From: Candidatus Thorarchaeota archaeon
Lineage (GTDB): Archaea; Asgardarchaeota; Thorarchaeia; Thorarchaeales; Thorarchaeaceae
Reading direction: 5' to 3'
Assembly (NCBI GenBank): GCA_011364905.1
Contig: RDNZ01000055.1
Coordinates: forward strand, 1-15,268
Length of the DNA: 15,268 bases
The translations under genes and the position numbers were made by a program. The notes under the pieces are model-generated. The model was not told where the DNA came from. It did not search any database and was given only the letters and a program-made list of their open reading frames with translations. Positions 1-8,100 of this stretch are shown in pieces (position 1 is the stretch's first letter; every line of letters begins with the position of its first letter).

Positions 1-2
1 GT

Positions 3-704
3 GTCATAATAATTGTAGGTGCGGTTGCAGGTCAGAAGACCAGATCTAGAAGAATTCGAAAGAAGCACGCAGAAGCACTATTAATCAAGAATAGATTCAA
101 TGATGCTAATAATATTCTAGGTTTTCTTGTGCTGCACAAATTAAGCGGGATGCCTATATATTCACGGCTTTTCAAGGGTGGACTTGACGAGGGCATTCTC
201 TCAGCATTCATCTCAGCCATCATGCACTTCAGGACTGAGTTCGAATCGAGTAAGGAACGTGATGAATACGTAATAATTCCAATCTCTGAAGTTGTCCGCG
301 TTGTTCCGACCGGGCACTTGATCTGCGCATTCATAACTGTGACATCTCCATCGGTTGAACAAGAAGCGAAGATGAAGAGTTACGCGCGAGCAATCGGCAT
401 GATGTTTGATGAAACACTGGCTGAGGTTAGTGTAGAGGTGATCGATGAAAAGATGTCAGCAACTTTCGGGTTGATGTTTGACGATTTTATGGACGGCCTC
501 TTGATAAGAAGATATCAGAAGAGCGAGAGGAAGTTTCCAAAAAGCCTGAGATTCATCGAAAAAGCCATCCCACTTGAAGAACGAGATGGCACCTTCAGTC
601 TTGTGCGACTGATTCGTTTGCTTGCATCATCGGGTGTGTCCGAAGACGAAGTGTACGTAGGTATGGGCAGAGCCATCGATGGCGACTACATTCTACCTCT
701 GTAA
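3..704 (+). CDS. 5'-truncated paralogue 1 of the receptor-like family: end of TM helix, basic stop-transfer segment, cytoplasmic longin-like plus winged-helix-like module
   Basis: The frame is open from base 3 (VIIIVGAVAGQKTRSRRIRKKHAEALLIKNRFNDANNILGFLVLHKLSGMPIYS...), so the track's start at 129 is internal. It aligns with the C-termini of 853..4974 and 5189..10825 (RFxDAxNxxGxxVxHKxSGxPIYS...KGGxxEG...HFRxEF...IPISxxxR.V...LICAFITV). Confidence 0.9.
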   Translation, partial: VIIIVGAVAGQKTRSRRIRKKHAEALLIKNRFNDANNILGFLVLHKLSGMPIYSRLFKGGLDEGILSAFISAIMHFRTEFESSKERDEYVIIPISEVVRVVPTGHLICAFITVTSPSVEQEAKMKSYARAIGMMFDETLAEVSVEVIDEKMSATFGLMFDDFMDGLLIRRYQKSERKFPKSLRFIEKAIPLEERDGTFSLVRLIRLLASSGVSEDEVYVGMGRAIDGDYILPL

Positions 705-736
705 CCGTTTAATACCTGCAATTAGCAGATTTCAGT

Positions 737-750
737 TGAACAAGTGTTCA
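737..750. promoter_or_regulatory. Intergenic palindrome TGAAC-AAGT-GTTCA (GAAC-N4-GTTC), possible transcription-factor site
   Basis: Inverted repeat read directly between paralogues 1 and 2. It has the same GAAC-N4-GTTC core as the sites at 12909-12920 and 14281-14292. Confidence 0.35.
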
Positions 751-852
751 TCGATTTTTAGCCAATATGTTCTCTTTTTCATCAATCAATGGTACCAAGT
801 ATGATTATAATACCGAAATAGCGCTAGTAGTATATTATCTGAGGCTGCGGTT

Positions 853-3800
853 GTGAAAAGAGGTCCATTTGTGACATTGGTACTCCTATTCATAATTAGT
901 GGCAGCTTTACCTTTTTGAATTTTCCAAATACCAACATGAATCTAGGATCTTCTGACAATTCATTAAATGAAACCAGTGCCGTACAACCTTTTCAAACGA
1001 ATAGTTACTCAGACATGCATGAACTTCAAGGCAAGCTAGATCCTGTTATTGTTGAACAGAGAGGATACCGCAGCTCAGGACTTCAAGCCGCGCGTACTGA
1101 CATCAATCCCTCAGTTACAAATGACCTTCCTCTTGATGATACTCATGGATGGGTTGGCAGCCAAGCTCAGGTTGACATAACAGACTTGAAGCGACTCTAT
1201 GTTGCTAATGGAACATTTGAGAACGGACTCCCTGGTTTAGACCAGCTAGTTCCTGATACTGCAATCCACCACTATCCATATGGATGGAACGCTACTGCAT
1301 ATAATCCTGATAATGGTCAAACTCAGTATTCCGCTTATGATGACTCGGGGAGCAAATTTGTTGTCGTTGAGAATCAGGGGAAGAAGATCGGACCAAGTGG
1401 AAATCAATATGACCATGTTGCTGGTTCAGAAATAGTCTGGTACCAGATTTTGGAAAACAGTCCATACACCGAGAACTTCTACCTCAGCTTTGATTACTAT
1501 TACTTGAGAGGCCCCTTAGGAAACGGAGTAATTGGTGAAGGTAGGATCTTTGCTATGGTGGATGGTACCGTTATTTGGAACACTTCGATTCCTGACCTCC
1601 CACAAAGGCAAACTTGGTATTCAGTTGAGAATTTTCCAGTGACGATTAGCGGTGCAAGCTCCATCCTGAATTTCTCGATTGGTATTATTGTGGACCAGAC
1701 GTTCGATTTGAATTCCGATCAAGATAATGATGGTGATGGTTATGCAGATGGCTTAGCTAACACGTTTTATCTTACAACTTGGTTTGATGACATCTCTTTT
1801 GTTGGTCAATCGGCTCCTTATTTCGAATCTGTGGACATGCAATTTACTGCTGGAGCAAATACTACATCCATTGCAGGATCACTTGGTTCTGGGACTGCTA
1901 TCATTGCTAATCCAGCGAACTGGATATCGAGTCCGGTATTTACAGGCATCTCATCAAACGCCAGTGTATCATTCAACTACGAAGTCAAGTTACTGTCTCA
2001 CAAATACTCCGCATCAAACTCAGGCACGAGCGCTTCTGAAATAGGAGTCAACTATTATACGAATCCAGACTCATCTCCTGAGTTATCATTTTACACATAT
2101 GTTGGATCCCTAGGATCATATCAAAATCTGAACATCAGCATAGAGCATCCAAGCGATTGGGAGAATGCAACGATATACGACCCGCAATCTGATGATGTTA
2201 CAAGTCAATGTACTCTCTCTCAAGGGTCGATTCTCATTCCCACTTCATTGTTAATTGATCAGTTGGGTTGGTGGTTTGTTTCGATTAGATCTTCAAATTA
2301 TATCGACTCTTTGGTGCCTGAAATCTACGATTCTGGTGAAGATCTGTGGAATACTGAGTATGTTTTCAGAAGCACCAATGTTTCCAGAATCGCAGTTAAT
2401 ATTGGTTCAGGGACCAGCATTCCAAAACCTCTGAATCTAGTCAATGTATCTTGGATAATGCCTGATAGCACAATATGGTTCACTGAGTCTGTCAGTGGTG
2501 GAACCATGGGCTCGATTGATTCCAGCGAAGTGGTGTTTGGTTCACTGAACACAACAGCTGGCCAGTGGCAAGCACTAGTATCTTGGACTAATGGTACTGA
2601 GCTGGCATTTGGTAGTGTTAGTTTTGAGGTTCATCATAGGGCAACTCTCTATCCCGATGAAGGTGTTATCGATATAGAAGGTCTTCTGAGTGTGTCAACT
2701 TATGTTTACTACAAGGACAATGAAAGCGGCGCATTCTTGATGGATTCCACTGCATCTATAACTGCTAACTGGTCATCAACAATTGTTACATTTACACCTG
2801 TACCGCTTGAAAACAGATGGATTGGCACTTTTGACACTGCATTAGTTGGTCCTGGTGCATATACTGTGGTTGTTAATGCGAGCAGATCTTTCTTTGACAA
2901 AGCTACATGCACATTCGTTATATCTGTTAGTTCCACTGATAATGAACTTTCAATCGATAATCCAACAGCAGTGATTGGAATTGGTGACACGTTTCTCGCC
3001 ACGTTCAGTTACAGAGATGCCAATGGGATTGGAATTCCAAATGCCAATGTAAGTGTTGATTTATCAGGTCCACCAGAAGGAATAACGTGGAGTGATGCAA
3101 ATGACCTTGGTGGCGGTGAATACTCTATTGAATTCAAAGCCGCGCATTCAGGGGACTATAAAATTAAAATCTCGGCTCTGAAGGAGTACTACCAAAAAAG
3201 TGATGACACATTATTTATCTCGGTGGGCGATAAGACGACTTCTCTTTCCCTTGAAAATGGAACCTCGGCAGTTATCAGCTTCGGCGAGCAGTACCGTTTA
3301 GTGGTTCAATACGCAAATGGTACGGGTTTCGGCCTTGAGAATGCAAGTGTGACTGTGCAAGGCACAGCTCCTGGAACAGGAATCATCTATACTCCTACTA
3401 CAGACGAGGGAAACGGATATTACTCAATTCTCTTGATCCCCACAAATACTGGAACATATACTATTCTTATTAACGCTTCAATTACTGACCACAAGGAGCA
3501 ACTCAAATCATTCACATTGACAGCCACTCCTATCGCTACACAACTTAGGATTGCAGGTGGAATAAACTCCGCATCAGTTGGTGTGTTTCAACCTTTTCAG
3601 CTGCTTGTGTTATATGAAGAAATCGATAGCACTCCTGTTAACATTTCTGGGTCAACATTGCAGATTATCTTCACAAGTTTCGAAAGCGTGAATTGCACAA
3701 TCACTCCGCTGTCCGAGGGCTATCTTATCCAAATTCCAACAGATACAATGGGAAGTTATGAGTTCACTATAACTGCAAGTAAACCCGGATACCAAAACGA

Positions 3801-4974
3801 TGCCGTGGACTTCATTCTCTTTATCAGAGAACGAGCAATGCGGATCGAGATGAACACTCCTATCTGGGAACGTACTAAGGATTTGAATATTACACTGCGT
3901 CTTTTGGAGGTCGATACTGACAATCCTATTTCAGGCGCAAATGTGACATATAGACTCTCTAGATTCTTAGGAGTGGTGATGGAAGGGTATCTGACTGAAG
4001 TAACACCGGGAATCTACTCAGTGTCCCTTCGACCGAGTTGGGGCGATGGAACTGGCTATTCAATTCGTTTCTTTGCGGATGTAGAGAATTTCGCACTTGA
4101 CAACAACTATGTGTTCGATATCATCCAGACAACTCTCCCAGGTGTTGTACTACAGATTCTCATCCAAACCTATGTTCCCCCAATCATAGCAGTTTTTGTC
4201 GTATCAATTGTGTCTCTATCCAGTCGAGTCGTCTATAAACGAAAGAAAAAGGCTGAATTCGCTGTTGATTTAGCAAACAAACGCCGCTTCGACGATGCAG
4301 ATAACATCATTGGCATTATTGTGATGCATAAGCTGAGCGGCATTCCAATATACTCTCGGATTGTTAAAGGCGGTTTTGAAGAGGGGATAATTGCAGCGTT
4401 TATTGCTGCAGTCACTCACTTCAGAGAGGAATTTGAGATATTGGAGGAGCAAAGGATGCAGGTCATCCCTATCTCCGACATAATCCGTGCCGTTCAGACT
4501 CAGAATCTCATCTGTGCTTTCATCACTGTGAAATCTGCTTCAATCGAGCACAATCGAAGGATGGAAGCTTTTGGAATGCAGATCGGCACCTACTTGGACG
4601 ATTTCTATGCTGAAAAAACGCCTCAATCTGCGCAGGACTTGAGGATTGCTGAGATTGTTGACTATGTGTATTATGAAACAATGGATGGCAACTTACTCAA
4701 ATTCCATAAGGTCGCAGAATCCGCCTCGTTTCCAAAGCGATACAGATCCATTGAACTGGTGTTCCAAGATAGGGAATCAGCTCACTGCACCAAACCCGTC
4801 TATCTTGCCAAAGCTCTATCGAAATATGGGGTTTCAGAAGGGCGAGGATGCACCCTCGTTTCAGAAGTCTTAGAGAAACGACTCCTTGTGCCATGTGAAG
4901 AACATGAGATTCCTCCAATGGATGTTGATCTTACTCCTTTCTTGGAGAAGGACGACTCTGAGAATATAGAATAA
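853..4974 (+). CDS. Paralogue 2: 1373-aa single-pass surface glycoprotein (signal peptide, N-terminal head, ~5 Ig-like repeats, TM, cytoplasmic longin-like and wHTH-like domains)
   Basis: GTG start and MKRGPFVTLVLLFII signal peptide. Many N-x-S/T sequons and a DQDNDGDGYADG loop. ~100-aa beta-rich repeats (Y...NG.GI.NA.V...G.G.YSI...G.Y.I.I.A). TM YVPPIIAVFVVSIVSLSSRVVY (~4171-4236) followed by KRKKK, then a ~245-aa cytoplasmic tail. Confidence 0.9.
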   Translation: MKRGPFVTLVLLFIISGSFTFLNFPNTNMNLGSSDNSLNETSAVQPFQTNSYSDMHELQGKLDPVIVEQRGYRSSGLQAARTDINPSVTNDLPLDDTHGWVGSQAQVDITDLKRLYVANGTFENGLPGLDQLVPDTAIHHYPYGWNATAYNPDNGQTQYSAYDDSGSKFVVVENQGKKIGPSGNQYDHVAGSEIVWYQILENSPYTENFYLSFDYYYLRGPLGNGVIGEGRIFAMVDGTVIWNTSIPDLPQRQTWYSVENFPVTISGASSILNFSIGIIVDQTFDLNSDQDNDGDGYADGLANTFYLTTWFDDISFVGQSAPYFESVDMQFTAGANTTSIAGSLGSGTAIIANPANWISSPVFTGISSNASVSFNYEVKLLSHKYSASNSGTSASEIGVNYYTNPDSSPELSFYTYVGSLGSYQNLNISIEHPSDWENATIYDPQSDDVTSQCTLSQGSILIPTSLLIDQLGWWFVSIRSSNYIDSLVPEIYDSGEDLWNTEYVFRSTNVSRIAVNIGSGTSIPKPLNLVNVSWIMPDSTIWFTESVSGGTMGSIDSSEVVFGSLNTTAGQWQALVSWTNGTELAFGSVSFEVHHRATLYPDEGVIDIEGLLSVSTYVYYKDNESGAFLMDSTASITANWSSTIVTFTPVPLENRWIGTFDTALVGPGAYTVVVNASRSFFDKATCTFVISVSSTDNELSIDNPTAVIGIGDTFLATFSYRDANGIGIPNANVSVDLSGPPEGITWSDANDLGGGEYSIEFKAAHSGDYKIKISALKEYYQKSDDTLFISVGDKTTSLSLENGTSAVISFGEQYRLVVQYANGTGFGLENASVTVQGTAPGTGIIYTPTTDEGNGYYSILLIPTNTGTYTILINASITDHKEQLKSFTLTATPIATQLRIAGGINSASVGVFQPFQLLVLYEEIDSTPVNISGSTLQIIFTSFESVNCTITPLSEGYLIQIPTDTMGSYEFTITASKPGYQNDAVDFILFIRERAMRIEMNTPIWERTKDLNITLRLLEVDTDNPISGANVTYRLSRFLGVVMEGYLTEVTPGIYSVSLRPSWGDGTGYSIRFFADVENFALDNNYVFDIIQTTLPGVVLQILIQTYVPPIIAVFVVSIVSLSSRVVYKRKKKAEFAVDLANKRRFDDADNIIGIIVMHKLSGIPIYSRIVKGGFEEGIIAAFIAAVTHFREEFEILEEQRMQVIPISDIIRAVQTQNLICAFITVKSASIEHNRRMEAFGMQIGTYLDDFYAEKTPQSAQDLRIAEIVDYVYYETMDGNLLKFHKVAESASFPKRYRSIELVFQDRESAHCTKPVYLAKALSKYGVSEGRGCTLVSEVLEKRLLVPCEEHEIPPMDVDLTPFLEKDDSENIE

Positions 4975-5188
4975 TCTCTTCTGATATTACGATTCATTGA
5001 TACACCAAAGCTACTTCAATGGGATTTCATAATATTGGAATGCTTGAGGTCATCCGAGGATAGTGCTTACATTAGCACAAACATAATTAGACGAATTACA
5101 TTGTATGCAGTCGCTCAGCCGCCCCTTGGAATGAATTTCAAGAAAACTCAATGGATAATGTATCAACAGGATGTAGGTGATGAGGGAT

Positions 5189-8100
5189 ATGACAAGACGA
5201 TTCCTTCCTTCGTTAGTTATACTATCAATGTTCATAATCACAATAACTTGGGTGCCCCAAATCCCAATTGCAGCACCCGCGATTTCAAACCTTAAACCGC
5301 AAGACAAGTCATCACCAACACCTGTTGAACAGGATGAGGCTATTCCAATTGAAGAAACGAAACCTGAAGGTAAGAATGTCTATAGTCTAGCTGATGCGGC
5401 ACCAGCTGATGGAGTTTTGAATCCAGTGACAGTTGAGCAGTCCGGTTATGCAGCTTCTGGGAATATCTCTGCACGAAGTGACAATTATCAAAACTTGGCA
5501 TATGATCTTCCACTCGATGTGACGCACGGTTGGGTTGCTGATGTCACTGAGGTTTCAGTCTGGAATTTGGAGAAACTCTATGTGGCTAATGGTACTTATG
5601 ACCAAGGATTTCCAGGAGTTAATGTCAATCCGAATGGTACAATAGATTACTATCCTCTTGGTTGGAGTGCAAATAGCACCGATACTGCTACCTATTCTGA
5701 TGATGTTCAACTTGCTGCCTATGATGACACAGGTAGGCAGTATGTAATGGTAGAAAACCAAGGTGGCAAGGTGGGTCAAAATGCTTTCGGACACTCAGCT
5801 GGCACTAGCATTATTTGGACACAATCAGTTCAAAATGCACCATATACTGAAGACTTCCTTTTGGATTTCAACTACTTCTACTTAAGAGGGCCTTTAGATA
5901 AAAACCCTGGAGATCCGATTTCAGGGAATTGTAGTATCGCAGTTCTCATCGATGGTATTACCGTCTGGAATATGAGTCTTCTAACACTATCACAGAGAGG
6001 TGTCTGGACAGACACAGGGGTGATTCCAATAACAGTTACTGGTGCCCCCTCGTCATTCGTTTTTCAAATTGGTTTAGTAATCGATCAAAGCCTAACTCTA
6101 GACAAAAGGCTAGACTATGACAATAATGGCATAGCTGATGGAATTGGTAATGCCGCCTACATCACTGTCTATTTAGATGATGTGTCCTTCATAAAAGCAA
6201 CACCTCCCACAGCAGACCAAGTGCAACTCGAATTCTCAACCGGTGGTATCTCAGAAGCGCTTGCTGGTTCAGTGGGTACTTATTATGCCTCAATCACAAA
6301 CTCGTCATACTGGACCACAACGCCTGTTCCTGTTACTTTGACTTCAAACACTAGTGTTTCCTTTGACTATAAAACCCGGCTTCACTCTCACAGATTCACA
6401 GATTCCAATTGGAGAACTAATATTGATGATGTTGGTGTGGCTTATACCGTAGACCATGGAATAAGCTCGGACTTGACATTGTATACATATGTTGGGTATC
6501 TTGGGAACTATGAAGATCCAGAAATGATGCTCTTTTTCCCTGACGATTGGGAAAATGCTACCGTATCAGACCCGTTTCTTGTAGATTTAACCGGAAATTG
6601 TACAATTTGGACTAATAATCTTACAGTTCCTACCTCGGTCATTGACCGCCTTGGCTGGTGGCAGATCAAGATGGAGTCCCCGAACTATGCCAAGTCGATA
6701 AACTCGCAGATACTAGATGCTGTCTGGATTGATGAAACGACCTTTAGGATTGGGAACACGACTCGTGCAGATATCTCCATAGGGACCGTCACAGAAACTC
6801 CTGTCACGTTGACAGACGTAAACATCACATGGTTCAATCCCTATGATCAGATTTGGTTTTCTGAGCTTCGCCCTGGTGCCTCAGGTGAAGTCACGAGCAC
6901 AGGTCGTACATTCAATTCCGGTTCCTCACCAGCTGGTGAATGGTGGGTGGAGGTCCTTTGGACAAATGGTACCGAAGTGGCGTATGACATGGCTGGTTTT
7001 GAGGTGCGTCATTCTACGAAGCTTGAAGCAGACCCGATTGATATAACAACAGATGCTGGGTCAACTTTCAAGGGTGTTGTTAGGTATACTGATAATGATA
7101 TTGGCGCATACCTAATGGATCCGGCCGCGACCATCGAAGGAAACTGGTCTGCAAGTACGGTTCCATTTGATGCTATTTCCGTCAAGAACTGGTGGGAGGC
7201 TGACTTCGATACTTCATTGGTAGGTGCAGGTGAGTTTGTCATCTCTGTGACTGCATCGAGGCAGTACTATGATGATGCTAGTTGCATAATCTATGTCCAT
7301 TCGATAAATGTCACACGGCTCACATCACCAAATGCTCCGTGGACAGCTGCGAAGTTGGGTAGTTCTGTTTCACTAACTTTCAAGTATGAGTCTTATTATT
7401 CTCTAACAGACACATGGACTCATGTGAAGAATGAAACTGATGTCACCGCTTCTCTCAACTGGACATCAGGATACTGGTCTGTTACGGAGAACAGAGCACT
7501 TGGCATCTATAACATGTCGCTCGATACAAATATCGTTAACTCAGGAACTTACCTTCTCAATGTCACATTCAACAAACCTAATCATTACTCTCAGACGCTA
7601 TTTCTAACACTCATACTATCTCCAATGACGAGCTCTCTTACTGTTGTTGATGGTTTATCCGCAAGAGTTGATCTCGATACACCAAAAGCAATCACACTTA
7701 GATTCACGGACAAGGATGGCTATCCAGTTCAGGATGCAAGCGTTGTTGTAGATAGTACATCTCCATCAAGCGGACTGAGTTACACGTCGGTTATTGAAAA
7801 AGCCGGAGAACCAGGTAACTATACCGTGACCCTTACACCTTACTCGCCCACAGTATTTACAGTACGATTTCTAGCAACTGGCAAAAACGTAGAACCTGCA
7901 ATATCGGTCTTTGTTCTAGTGGTCAATGATGTGCCAACCAAATTTGAGATTTTCAGTCCTCCTAGTGTTGAGATTGGGCTCTCGGAAGCCTATAATACCA
8001 CATTCCGATACGAGTTGTCCAACGGAACCGGCATTGAGAATGCAGGAATAGATGTTGTCTATTCAGGAACTATTGGGACCCTTGGTTGGACCTCTCCGAG

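Noticed and set aside
5035-5307. ORFs 5035..5295 (+) and 5050..5307 (-)
   Set aside because: They overlap the promoter region and signal-peptide codons of paralogue 3 and show no protein-like features.
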